Shown here piece after piece: positions 39,709 to 53,700 of a DNA stretch of 64,000 nucleotides. Position numbers and translations under genes: made by a program. Under the pieces are notes generated by a model, which saw nothing but the letters and a program-made list of their open reading frames with translations, had not been told where the DNA came from and ran no database searches. Origin of the DNA: Eledone cirrhosa (taxonomy: Eukaryota); NCBI GenBank assembly GCA_964016885.1, contig OZ024742.1, positions 273,544,001-273,608,000 on the forward strand, written 5' to 3'. Every line of letters starts with the position of its first letter. Positions within the stretch are counted from its first letter, which is position 1.

Positions 39709-40050
39709 TTAGAGAATGACGATTAACATGGTTGGCTGTACAATAAGTGCTTTATTTAAAGTACTGACAATTGTTTCGTTGATCATGTGGGTCTAGAGTT
39801 CGCTAATCGCTTGATGTTGTGTTATTCGATCTCCAATTCATTATTCACCTATAGTCAACACATCACAGCATGTAGATAGCATGTATCCACATGCTCTGAT
39901 GTGTTGACCATAGATGAATAATGTATTAGAGATCGAATAAAGCAACATCAAGTGATTAGCGAACTGTGGACCCACATGATCAACGAAACAATTGTCAGTA
40001 CTTAAAATAAAGCCCTTATTGTACAGCCAACCAGGTTAGTCTTCATTCTT

Positions 40051-40053
<3 letters not shown>
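39709..40053. mobile_element. Fold-back element (arms about 39709-39878 and 39884-40053) with a hammerhead-like motif whose stem II is expanded
   Basis: Arms are reverse complements. On + at 39892-40000: ugcu-CUGAUGU-guuga...ucaac-GAAAC aauu GUC-agua. Confidence 0.6.
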
Positions 40054-40097
<44 letters not shown>

Positions 40098-40100
<3 letters not shown>

Positions 40101-41772
40101 AATAATGATGGCTGCCCGTTGCAATTGGTGGTGCATATGAAAAAGTGAGTCCTTCATCAGTGACCCTCCAACCGTCCCAGGCATTTCATCGCTTTAAGGG
40201 CCATATGCCTCAGGTTGGTGCGAACAACGGCTAAACAAAGTCGTTGGGACACGTAAATAAAGGGGACGTTAGGGTAACAAACAAAATGGTTTAAGCAACG
40301 GAAAGTGAGAAGAAATAGACAAGTCCCAGATCTCTATGAATATAAACTCGGTGAAATCGTGAACAAGAGACAAAAGACCATCAAACCTGGTTGAAATGTG
40401 AGAAAGGAAGGAATTTCGCACAAGTCTAACGGGGGGGAAGAAGAAGAAGAAGAAGAAGAAGAAGAAGAAGAAGAAGAAGAAGAAGAAGGGGTCTGGTCTA
40501 CGAATTCGGTAAACATAAGTTTTGAGAAGTCGCAGACGAAAGAGAGAGAGAAAAAAAATTCCATACCAGCTTGACCAGGACGCGCGAGAAAATAATTTCA
40601 CACAGGTCAAACTTGAAGGAGGAGGAGGAAAGAGGAGGAGGAGAGGTAGTGACAGAGAACGAGTGAGTGAAAGTTGAGGAGGAGGCTAACAGAGAGAGAG
40701 ACTGCTAGAAAGGGTAAAAGGTACAAAGAACGAGAAAGGGTAAAGGTACAAAGGACGAAACGGACGGATGGCAGCAGAAGAAAAATTATGTGTAAATATG
40801 ATAATAATGATGGCTGCCCGTTGCAAATGGTGGTGCATATAAAAAAGTGAGTCCTTCATCAGTGACCCTCCAACCGTCCCAGGCATTTCATCGCTTTAAG
40901 GGCCATATGCCTCAGGTTGGTGCGAACAACGGCTAAAAAAGTCGTTGGGACACGTAAATAAAGGGGACGTTAGGGTAACAAACAAAATGGTTTAAGCAAC
41001 GGAAAGTGAGAAGAAATAGACAAGTCCCAGATCTCTATGAATATAAACTCGGTGAAATTGTGAACAAGAGACAAAAGACCATCAAACCTGGTTGAAATGT
41101 GAGAAAGAAAGGAATTTCGCACAAGTCTAACGGGGGGGAAGAAGAAGAAGAAGAAGAAGAAGAAGAAGAAGAAGAAGAAGAAGAAGAAGAAGAAGAAGAA
41201 GAAGAAGAAGAAGAAGAAGGGGTCTGGTCTACGAATTCGGTAAACATAAGTTTTGTGAAGTCGCAGACGAAAGTGAGAGAGAAAAAAAATTCCATACCAG
41301 CTTGACCAGGACGCGCGAGAAAAGAATTTCACACAAGTCCAACTTGAAGGAGGAGGAGGAAAGAGGAGGAGGAGAGGTAGTGACAGAGAAAGAGTGAGTG
41401 AAAGTTGAGGAGGAGGCTAACAGAGAGAGAGACTGCTAGAAAGGGTAAAAGGTACAAAGAACGAGAAAGGGTAAAGGTACAAAGGACGAAACGGACGGAT
41501 GGCAGCAGAAGAAAAATTATGTGTAAATATGATAATAATGATGGCTGCCCGTTGCAAATGGTGGTGCATATGAAAAAGTGAGTCCTTCATCAGTGACCCT
41601 CCAACCGTCCCAGGCATTTCATCGCTTTAAGGGCCATATGCCTCAGGTTGGTGCGAACAACGGCTAAAAAAAGTCGTTGGGACAAGTAAATAAAGGGGAC
41701 GTTAGGGTAACAAACAAAATGGTTTAAGCAACGGAAAGTGAGAAGAAATAGACAAGTCCCAGATCTCTATGA

Positions 41773-41775
<3 letters not shown>
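40098..41775. repeat. Tandem repeat, about 2.3 units of 702-731 bp with an internal (GAA)n, between (TA)n tracts
   Basis: 'gataataatgatggctgcccg' at 40098, 40800 and 41531. The period difference is mostly (GAA)n length. Confidence 0.9.
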
Positions 41776-41851
<76 letters not shown>

Positions 41852-42158
41852 TAGAAATGTTAGCTATCGCCGTATTTTGACTAAAGCAATTAAAGAAATT
41901 ATGTCTTTGCGTGAAATTGTTTTTCACCGCTCCTATTGATGACGTATTATTTTCGTTTTTTCCCGTTCTTTGCCAGGAAACGTTTCCACGAACCAAAGTA
42001 TCGTCTTCCTGTCGCAACGTTTGCAACGTTTTTTGAAATATCCACTTCTGCGTTTACAGATTGACTTTGTTAGTTTCAGAAGATCCCGTTAAAGGTGAAA
42101 GCAGCGATTCTTTGCTTAAACTTTAATCTGTTATTTTAATAAATATATATATATTATA

Positions 42159-42228
<70 letters not shown>

Positions 42229-42235
<7 letters not shown>

Positions 42236-44792
42236 ACATACAGAATATTTTCGAATATTCTATGTCTATATTCACATATATATCGCTATTTCAGAGCATT
42301 TATTCCAATTTCTAATTTCTGCCGGACCGGCAACCGCTCTTTCAAACCAGTTCCTGTACACAGCTAAGTATTCTATAAGTCTCTAGCTGTGTCATTCTCG
42401 ATAAAAGCACTGGATATGTAGTCCTGATGATTTCTAACAAGAATGAAACGCGTAGATTACTTCCCTTGCTTTTATCGAGAATCTAATTGTAATACGTGAC
42501 GTATTCTATTCTATAGCGATTAGGTCTTCAAAATGTTTATTATAAACATACAGAATATTTTCGAATATTCTATGTCTATATTCACATATATATCGCTATT
42601 TCAGAGCATTTATTCCAATTTCTAATTTCTGCCGGACCGGCAACCGCTCTTTCAAACCAGTTCCTGTACACAGCTAAGTATTCTATAAGTCTCTAGCTGT
42701 GTCATTCTCGATAAAAGCACTGGATATGTAGTCCTGATGATTTCTAACAAGAATGAAACGCGTAGATTACTTCCCTTGCTTTTATCGAGAATCTAATTGT
42801 AATACGTGACGTATTCTATTCTATAGCGATTAGGTCTTCAAAATGTTTATTATAAACATACAGAATATTTTCGAATATTCTATGTCTATATTCACATATA
42901 TATCGCTATTTCAGAGCATTTATTCCAATTTCTAATTTCTGCCGGACCGGCAACCGCTCTTTCAAACCAGTTCCTGTACACAGCTAAGTATTCTATAAGT
43001 CTCTAGCTGTGTCATTCTCGATAAAAGCACTGGATATGTAGTCCTGATGATTTCTAACAAGAATGAAACGCGTAGATTACTTCCCTTGCTTTTATCGAGA
43101 ATCTAATTGTAATACGTGACGTATTCTATTCTATAGCGATTAGGTCTTCAAAATGTTTATTATAAACATACAGAATATTTTCGAATATTCTATGTCTATA
43201 TTCACATATATATCGCTATTTCAGAGCATTTATTCCAATTTCTAATTTCTGCCGGACCGGCAACCGCTCTTTCAAACCAGTTCCTGTACACAGCTAAGTA
43301 TTCTATAAGTCTCTAGCTGTGTCATTCTCGATAAAAGCACTGGATATGTAGTCCTGATGATTTCTAACAAGAATGAAACGCGTAGATTACTTCCCTTGCT
43401 TTTATCGAGAATCTAATTGTAATACGTGACGTATTCTATTCTATAGCGATTAGGTCTTCAAAATGTTTATTATAAACATACAGAATATTTTCGAATATTC
43501 TATGTCTATATTCACATATATATCGCTATTTCAGAGCATTTATTCCAATTTCTAATTTCTGCCGGACCGGCAACCGCTCTTTCAAACCAGTTCCTGTACA
43601 CAGCTAAGTATTCTATAAGTCTCTAGCTGTGTCATTCTCGATAAAAGCACTGGATATGTAGACCTGATGATTTCTAACAAGAATGAAACGCGTAGATTAC
43701 TTCCCTTGCTTTTATCGAGAATCTAATTGTAATACGTGACGTATTCTATTCTATAGCGATTAGGTCTTCAAAATGTTTATTATAAACATACAGAATATTT
43801 TCGAATATTCTATGTCTATATTCACATATATATCGCTATTTCAGAGCATTTATTCCAATTTCTAATTTCTGCCGGACCGGCAACCGCTCTTTCAAACCAG
43901 TTCCTGTACACAGCTAAGTATTCTATAAGTCTCTAGCTGTGTCATTCTCGATAAAAGCACTGGATATGTAGTCCTGATGATTTCTAACAAGAATGAAACG
44001 CGTAGATTACTTCCCTTGCTTTTATCGAGAATCTAATTGTAATACGTGACGTATTCTATTCTATAGCGATTAGGTCTTCAAAATGTTTATTATAAACATA
44101 CAGAATATTTTCGAATATTCTATGTCTATATTCACATATATATCGCTATTTCAGAGCATTTATTCCAATTTCTAATTTCTGCCGGACCGGCAACCGCTCT
44201 TTCAAACCAGTTCCTGTACACAGCTAAGTATTCTATAAGTCTCTAGCTGTGTCATTCTCGATAAAAGCACTGGATATGTAGTCCTGATGATTTCTAACAA
44301 GAATGAAACGCGTAGATTACTTCCCTTGCTTTTATCGAGAATCTAATTGTAATACGTGACGTATTCTATTCTATAGCGATTAGGTCTTCAAAATGTTTAT
44401 TATAAACATACAGAATATTTTCGAATATTCTATGTCTATATTCACATATATATCGCTATTTCAGAGCATTTATTCCAATTTCTAATTTCTGCCGGACCGG
44501 CAACCGCTCTTTCAAACCAGTTCCTGTACACAGCTAAGTATTCTATAAGTCTCTAGCTGTGTCATTCTCGATAAAAGCACTGGATATGTAGTCCTGATGA
44601 TTTCTAACAAGAATGAAACGCGTAGATTACTTCCCTTGCTTTTATCGAGAATCTAATTGTAATACGTGACGTATTCTATTCTATAGCGATTAGGTCTTCA
44701 AAATGTTTATTATAAACATACAGAATATTTTCGAATATTCTATGTCTATATTCACATATATATCGCTATTTCAGAGCATTTATTCCAATTTC
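42229..44792 (+). repeat. 310-bp hammerhead-containing tandem array A (about 8.3 units, 8 ribozymes)
   Basis: 'tataaacatacagaatatt' at 42231, 42541 ... 44711. Only one variant seen (43662). (TA)n on both sides. Confidence 0.97.
42394..42482 (+). ncRNA. Type I hammerhead ribozyme (first of 35 copies; core 42418-42460; predicted cleavage after A42454)
   Basis: guaguc-CUGAUGA-u uucu[aaca]agaa u-GAAA-CGCG-UA-gauuac. Stem I continues past an internal loop as a perfect 16-bp helix (attctcgataaaagca/tgcttttatcgagaat). Stem III is the palindrome ACGCGU. Confidence 0.88.
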
Positions 44793-44800
44793 ATATTATA

Positions 44801-44853
<53 letters not shown>

Positions 44854-44922
44854 GTATATATATATTATATATATATTATATATATATATATATATTATGT
44901 ATATATATATTATATATATATT

Positions 44923-45028
<106 letters not shown>

Positions 45029-45039
45029 AATATATATAT

Positions 45040-46651
45040 CAAGATTGGGCCACTCTTCCATACAAACGGTTCATTAACCGAGAATACCCATAGATGAATT
45101 GGCTAGCAGTATAGTACTCAGGGAGCTGAAGGGGGCACAATATGCCCTATACACAAAGGATGTAGCAGAGTGGAGACCAAAAACTATAGGCCAGTCTCCC
45201 TGATTCGCATATCAGTAAGATCATGGAGCGAGTTGTCAGAAAGAAACTGATCATTTTCCTCGAGGAAAATGACCGGCTGTCTAGCACGCAGCATGGCCTC
45301 CGCCCAGGAAGAAACTGCCTTACACAACTTCTACATCACTACGACTGGGTACTGAAACAACTGCTAGACAGTTCACTTGTGGACGTGATATATATTGACT
45401 TTGCGAAGGCCTATGACAAGGTCGACGACGGAATGATATGTCACAAACTACACGGACTCGGCATAACTGGAAAAGTAGGTGAGTGGTTGCATGACTTCTT
45501 AAAGGACAGAAGCCAGACAGTCGCAGCAAACGGGGCCCTCTCAAAGGAAACATCAATAACAAGTGGAGTGCCCAAAGCGACAATCCTGGGACCACTAGTG
45601 TTTTTAGTGGCTCCCTCAGACATGCCCTCTGTAGTACATACAACGACATCCTTCACATAGCTATGCTGATCACACTAAGGTAGCACAGACAATCAAAAAC
45701 CCGGCTGACGCTGCCCTTTTACAAGATCTGGATGCCATATACAAATGGACGGACGAAAACAACATGCAGTTTAATGCTGGTAAATTCAAAGCCCTACAAT
45801 ACAAACCTGCAAACACAAATACAGTACAGCACAGCTACGCAAGAGCAGGAGGGACCGATATCCTCATGCCAAAATCTATACGAGACCTGGGCATAGACAT
45901 GAGCGATGATGCAGCTTTTTCCTCACACATCATGAAAGTGGCGACAATGTGCAGACGACTCGCTGGCTGGATCTTGCGGACTTTCCGGACAAGAGACGGT
46001 GACAACATGTTGACACTATGGAGGACATTTTTCCTAAGCCGCCTGGACTATTGCTCCCAATTGTGGTCACCCCATAATGTCAAACTAACCACAGTGGTTG
46101 AGGCAATCCAACGAAGCTACACCAAGAGGATTGCCACGATGAAGGAGATAAGCTACTGGGAGAGGCTAAAAGAACTGAACCTCTACTCATTGGAACGAAG
46201 AGAGGAGGGATACTCAGTGATCTACATGTGGAAAGTCTTGGGGGAACTAGCACCAAACTTTGGCATTGGGAGCTGGACCAACAGTCGAACAGGAAGTCAC
46301 TGTGTGGTGCCAAAAGTCCCGTCTTCCCCATCTAGAATAAGGAGCATATATTGCAATATCGTGGGTTTTAAGGGCGCTCAACTCTTCAACAAGCTGCCGA
46401 GGGATCTGAGTGATCTGTATGGTGTGGAGGTGGATGCCTTCAAGAAACATCTCGTCACCTTGCTATCCAGGATCCCGGATGAGCCTACAGCAAGGGACGG
46501 GGGAATCCTAAGGGCAGCAGCAACAAACTCCCTCTTACACCAGTGGCCAACCAATACAGGCTGGAGATAAAATGTGTAGCAACAAGGGCGGTGCCCCAGC
46601 ATGGCCTCTGCCGGATGGCTGGGACGGGTAAAAGGGTAAAAGAGTAAAAAA

Positions 46652-46652
<1 letters not shown>
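45040..46652 (+). mobile_element. 5'-truncated CR1/L2-group LINE (RT and C-terminal region), decayed
   Basis: QHGLRPGRNCLTQL, YIDFAKAYDKVD, SGVPKATILGPL, degenerate YADHTK, RDLG, RLDYCSQLWSP, SYWERLKELNLYSLERR. Short gggtaaaa-type 3' tail. Embedded in (TA)n. Confidence 0.9.
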
Positions 46653-46692
<40 letters not shown>

Positions 46693-46700
<8 letters not shown>

Positions 46701-47105
46701 TAGAATATTCGAAAATATTCTGTATGTTTATAATAAACATTTTGAAGACCTAATCGCTATAGAATAGAATACGTCACGTATTACAATTAGATTCTCGATA
46801 AAAGCAAGGGAAGCAATCTACGCGTTTCATTCTTGTTAGAAATCATCAGGACTACATATCCAGTGCTTTTATCGAGAATGACACAGCTAGAGACTTATAG
46901 AATACTTAGCTGTGTACAGGAACTGGTTTGAAAGAGCGGTTGCCGGTCCGGCAGAAATTAGAAATTGGAATAAATGCTCTGAAATAGCGATATATATGTG
47001 AATATAGACATAGAATATTCGAAAATATTCTGTATGTTTATAATAAACATTTTGAAGACCTAATCGCTATAGAATAGAATACGTCACGTATTACAATTAG
47101 ATTCT
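46693..47105 (-). repeat. Inverted block of the 310-bp unit (about 1.3 units, ribozyme at 46813-46855), 'gattgc' variant
   Basis: Reverse complement of the unit, joined head-to-head to array B at 47105/47106. Confidence 0.95.
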
Positions 47106-50100
47106 TCGAATATTCTATGTCTATATTCACATATATATCGCTATTTCAGAGCATTTATTCCAATTTCTAATTTCTGCCGGACCGGCAACCGCTCTTTCAA
47201 ACCAGTTCCTGTACACAGCTAAGTATTCTATAAGTCTCTAGCTGTGTCATTCTCGATAAAAGCACTGGATATGTAGTCCTGATGATTTCTAACAAGAATG
47301 AAACGCGTAGATTGCTTCCCTTGCTTTTATCGAGAATCTAATTGTAATACGTGACGTATTCTATTCTATAGCGATTAGGTCTTCAAAATGTTTATTATAA
47401 ACATACAGAATATTTTCGAATATTCTATGTCTATATTCACATATATATCGCTATTTCAGAGCATTTATTCCAATTTCTAATTTCTGCCGGACCGGCAACC
47501 GCTCTTTCAAACCAGTTCCTGTACACAGCTAAGTATTCTATAAGTCTCTAGCTGTGTCATTCTCGATAAAAGCACTGGATATGTAGTCCTGATGATTTCT
47601 AACAAGAATGAAACGCGTAGATTGCTTCCCTTGCTTTTATCGAGAATCTAATTGTAATACGTGACGTATTCTATTCTATAGCGATTAGGTCTTCAAAATG
47701 TTTATTATAAACATACAGAATATTTTCGAATATTCTATGTCTATATTCACATATATATCGCTATTTCAGAGCATTTATTCCAATTTCTAATTTCTGCCGG
47801 ACCGGCAACCGCTCTTTCAAACCAGTTCCTGTACACAGCTAAGTATTCTATAAGTCTCTAGCTGTGTCATTCTCGATAAAAGCACTGGATATGTAGTCCT
47901 GATGATTTCTAACAAGAATGAAACGCGTAGATTGCTTCCCTTGCTTTTATCGAGAATCTAATTGTAATACGTGACGTATTCTATTCTATAGCGATTAGGT
48001 CTTCAAAATGTTTATTATAAACATACAGAATATTTTCGAATATTCTATGTCTATATTCACATATATATCGCTATTTCAGAGCATTTATTCCAATTTCTAA
48101 TTTCTGCCGGACCGGCAACCGCTCTTTCAAACCAGTTCCTGTACACAGCTAAGTATTCTATAAGTCTCTAGCTGTGTCATTCTCGATAAAAGCACTGGAT
48201 ATGTAGTCCTGATGATTTCTAACAAGAATGAAACGCGTAGATTGCTTCCCTTGCTTTTATCGAGAATCTAATTGTAATACGTGACGTATTCTATTCTATA
48301 GCGATTAGGTCTTCAAAATGTTTATTATAAACATACAGAATATTTTCGAATATTCTATGTCTATATTCACATATATATCGCTATTTCAGAGCATTTATTC
48401 CAATTTCTAATTTCTGCCGGACCGGCAACCGCTCTTTCAAACCAGTTCCTGTACACAGCTAAGTATTCTATAAGTCTCTAGCTGTGTCATTCTCGATAAA
48501 AGCACTGGATATGTAGTCCTGATGATTTCTAACAAGAATGAAACGCGTAGATTGCTTCCCTTGCTTTTATCGAGAATCTAATTGTAATACGTGACGTATT
48601 CTATTCTATAGCGATTAGGTCTTCAAAATGTTTATTATAAACATACAGAATATTTTCGAATATTCTATGTCTATATTCACATATATATCGCTATTTCAGA
48701 GCATTTATTCCAATTTCTAATTTCTGCCGGACCGGCAACCGCTCTTTCAAACCAGTTCCTGTACACAGCTAAGTATTCTATAAGTCTCTAGCTGTGTCAT
48801 TCTCGATAAAAGCACTGGATATGTAGTCCTGATGATTTCTAACAAGAATGAAACGCGTAGATTGCTTCCCTTGCTTTTATCGAGAATCTAATTGTAATAC
48901 GTGACGTATTCTATTCTATAGCGATTAGGTCTTCAAAATGTTTATTATAAACATACAGAATATTTTCGAATATTCTATGTCTATATTCACATATATATCG
49001 CTATTTCAGAGCATTTATTCCAATTTCTAATTTCTGCCGGACCGGCAACCGCTCTTTCAAACCAGTTCCTGTACACAGCTAAGTATTCTATAAGTCTCTA
49101 GCTGTGTCATTCTCGATAAAAGCACTGGATATGTAGTCCTGATGATTTCTAACAAGAATGAAACGCGTAGATTGCTTCCCTTGCTTTTATCGAGAATCTA
49201 ATTGTAATACGTGACGTATTCTATTCTATAGCGATTAGGTCTTCAAAATGTTTATTATAAACATACAGAATATTTTCGAATATTCTATGTCTATATTCAC
49301 ATATATATCGCTATTTCAGAGCATTTATTCCAATTTCTAATTTCTGCCGGACCGGCAACCGCTCTTTCAAACCAGTTCCTGTACACAGCTAAGTATTCTA
49401 TAAGTCTCTAGCTGTGTCATTCTCGATAAAAGCACTGGATATGTAGTCCTGATGATTTCTAACAAGAATGAAACGCGTAGATTGCTTCCCTTGCTTTTAT
49501 CGAGAATCTAATTGTAATACGTGACGTATTCTATTCTATAGCGATTAGGTCTTCAAAATGTTTATTATAAACATACAGAATATTTTCGAATATTCTATGT
49601 CTATATTCACATATATATCGCTATTTCAGAGCATTTATTCCAATTTCTAATTTCTGCCGGACCGGCAACCGCTCTTTCAAACCAGTTCCTGTACACAGCT
49701 AAGTATTCTATAAGTCTCTAGCTGTGTCATTCTCGATAAAAGCACTGGATATGTAGTCCTGATGATTTCTAACAAGAATGAAACGCGTAGATTGCTTCCC
49801 TTGCTTTTATCGAGAATCTAATTGTAATACGTGACGTATTCTATTCTATAGCGATTAGGTCTTCAAAATGTTTATTATAAACATACAGAATATTTTCGAA
49901 TATTCTATGTCTATATTCACATATATATCGCTATTTCAGAGCATTTATTCCAATTTCTAATTTCTGCCGGACCGGCAACCGCTCTTTCAAACCAGTTCCT
50001 GTACACAGCTAAGTATTCTATAAGTCTCTAGCTGTGTCATTCTCGATAAAAGCACTGGATATGTAGTCCTGATGATTTCTAACAAGAATGAAACGCGTAG

Positions 50101-50575
50101 ATTGCTTCCCTTGCTTTTATCGAGAATCTAATTGTAATACGTGACGTATTCTATTCTATAGCGATTAGGTCTTCAAAATGTTTATTATAAACATACAGAA
50201 TATTTTCGAATATTCTATGTCTATATTCACATATATATCGCTATTTCAGAGCATTTATTCCAATTTCTAATTTCTGCCGGACCGGCAACCGCTCTTTCAA
50301 ACCAGTTCCTGTACACAGCTAAGTATTCTATAAGTCTCTAGCTGTGTCATTCTCGATAAAAGCACTGGATATGTAGTCCTGATGATTTCTAACAAGAATG
50401 AAACGCGTAGATTGCTTCCCTTGCTTTTATCGAGAATCTAATTGTAATACGTGACGTATTCTATTCTATAGCGATTAGGTCTTCAAAATGTTTATTATAA
50501 ACATACAGAATATTTTCGAATATTCTATGTCTATATTCACATATATATCGCTATTTCAGAGCATTTATTCCAATT

Positions 50576-50578
<3 letters not shown>
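47106..50578 (+). repeat. 310-bp hammerhead array B (about 11.2 units, 11 ribozymes), all 'gattgc' variant
   Basis: 'atgtagtcctgatga' every 310 bp from 47271 to 50371. Confidence 0.97.
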
Positions 50579-50619
<41 letters not shown>

Positions 50620-50620
50620 A

Positions 50621-50707
<87 letters not shown>

Positions 50708-50711
<4 letters not shown>

Positions 50712-53700
50712 TATAGACATAGAATATTCGAAAATATTCTGTATGTTTATAATAAACATTTTGAAGACCTAATCGCTATAGAATAGAATACGTCACGTAT
50801 TACAATTAGATTCTCGATAAAAGCAAGGGAAGTAATCTACGCGTTTCATTCTTGTTAGAAATCATCAGGACTACATATCCAGTGCTTTTATCGAGAATGA
50901 CACAGCTAGAGACTTATAGAATACTTAGCTGTGTACAGGAACTGGTTTGAAAGAGCGGTTGCCGGTCCGGCAGAAATTAGAAATTGGAATAAATGCTCTG
51001 AAATAGCGATATATATGTGAATATAGACATAGAATATTCGAAAATATTCTGTATGTTTATAATAAACATTTTGAAGACCTAATCGCTATAGAATAGAATA
51101 CGTCACGTATTACAATTAGATTCTCGATAAAAGCAAGGGAAGTAATCTACGCGTTTCATTCTTGTTAGAAATCATCAGGACTACATATCCAGTGCTTTTA
51201 TCGAGAATGACACAGCTAGAGACTTATAGAATACTTAGCTGTGTACAGGAACTGGTTTGAAAGAGCGGTTGCCGGTCCGGCAGAAATTAGAAATTGGAAT
51301 AAATGCTCTGAAATAGCGATATATATGTGAATATAGACATAGAATATTCGAAAATATTCTGTATGTTTATAATAAACATTTTGAAGACCTAATCGCTATA
51401 GAATAGAATACGTCACGTATTACAATTAGATTCTCGATAAAAGCAAGGGAAGTAATCTACGCGTTTTATTCTTGTTAGAAATCATCAGGACTACATATCC
51501 AGTGCTTTTATCGAGAATGACACAGCTAGAGACTTATAGAATACTTAGCTGTGTACAGGAACTGGTTTGAAAGAGCGGTTGCCGGTCCGGCAGAAATTAG
51601 AAATTGGAATAAATGCTCTGAAATAGCGATATATATGTGAATATAGACATAGAATATTCGAAAATATTCTGTATGTTTATAATAAACATTTTGAAGACCT
51701 AATCGCTATAGAATAGAATACGTCACGTATTACAATTAGATTCTCGATAAAAGCAAGGGAAGTAATCTACGCGTTTCATTCTTGTTAGAAATCATCAGGA
51801 CTACATATCCAGTGCTTTTATCGAGAATGACACAGCTAGAGACTGATAGAATACTTAGCTGTGTACAGGAACTGGTTTGAAAGAGCGGTTGCCGGTCCGG
51901 CAGAAATTAGGAATTGGAATAAATGCTCTGAAATAGCGATATATATGTGAATATAGACATAGAATATTCGAAAATATTCTGTATGTTTATAATAAACATT
52001 TTGAAGACCTAATCGCTATAGAATAGAATACGTCACGTATTACAATTAGATTCTCGATAAAAGCAAGGGAAGTAATCTACGCGTTTCATTCTTGTTAGAA
52101 ATCATCAGGACTACATATCCAGTGCTTTTATCGAGAATGACACAGCTAGAGACTTATAGAATACTTAGCTGTGTACAGGAACTGGTTTGAAAGAGCGGTT
52201 GCCGGTCCGGCAGAAATTAGAAATTGGAATAAATGCTCTGAAATAGCGATATATATGTGAATATAGACATAGAATATTCGAAAATATTCTGTATGTTTAT
52301 AATAAACATTTTGAAGACCTAATCGCTATAGAATAGAATACGTCACGTATTACAATTAGATTCTCGATAAAAGCAAGGGAAGTAATCTACGCGTTTCATT
52401 CTTGTTAGAAATCATCAGGACTACATATCCAGTGCTTTTATCGAGAATGACACAGCTAGAGACTTATAGAATACTTAGCTGTGTACAGGAACTGGTTTGA
52501 AAGAGCGGTTGCCGGTCCGGCAGAAATTAGAAATTGGAATAAATGCTCTGAAATAGCGATATATATGTGAATATAGACATAGAATATTCGAAAATATTCT
52601 GTATGTTTATAATAAACATTTTGAAGACCTAATCGCTATAGAATAGAATACGTCACGTATTACAATTAGATTCTCGATAAAAGCAAGGGAAGTAATCTAC
52701 GCGTTTCATTCTTGTTAGAAATCATCAGGACTACATATCCAGTGCTTTTATCGAGAATGACACAGCTAGAGACTTATAGAATACTTAGCTGTGTACAGGA
52801 ACTGGTTTGAAAGAGCGGTTGCCGGTCCGGCAGAAATTAGAAATTGGAATAAATGCTTTGAAACAGCGATATATATGTGAATATAGACATAGAATATTCG
52901 AAAATATTCTGTATGTTTATAATAAACATTTTGAAGACCTAATCGCTATAGAATAGAATACGTCACGTATTACAATTAGATTCTCGATAAAAGCAAGGGA
53001 AGTAATCTACGCGTTTCATTCTTGTTAGAAATCATCAGGACTACATATCCAGTGCTTTTATCGAGAATGACACAGCTAGAGACTTATAGAATACTTAGCT
53101 GTGTACAGGAACTGGTTTGAAAGAGCGGTTGCCGGTCCGGCAGAAATTAGAAATTGGAATAAATGCTCTGAAATAGCGATATATATGTGAATATAGACAT
53201 AGAATATTCGAAAATATTCTGTATGTTTATAATAAACATTTTGAAGACCTAATCGCTATAGAATAGAATACGTCACGTATTACAATTAGATTCTCGATAA
53301 AAGCAAGGGAAGTAATCTACGCGTTTCATTCTTGTTAGAAATCATCAGGACTACATATCCAGTGCTTTTATCGAGAATGACACAGCTAGAGACTTATAGA
53401 ATACTTAGCTGTGTACAGGAACTGGTTTGAAAGAGCGGTTGCCGGTCCGGCAGAAATTAGAAATTGGAATAAATGCTTTGAAACAGCGATATATATGTGA
53501 ATATAGACATAGAATATTCGAAAATATTCTGTATGTTTATAATAAACATTTTGAAGACCTAATCGCTATAGAATAGAATACGTCACGTATTACAATTAGA
53601 TTCTCGATAAAAGCAAGGGAAGTAATCTACGCGTTTCATTCTTGTTAGAAATCATCAGGACTACATATCCAGTGCTTTTATCGAGAATGACACAGCTAGA

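Noticed and set aside
40140-40870. Hammerhead in the 730-bp repeat (ctgatga on -, ggac-gaaac on +)
   Set aside because: The two core halves are on opposite strands. No single-strand arrangement gives CUGANGA, GAAA and UH with three stems.
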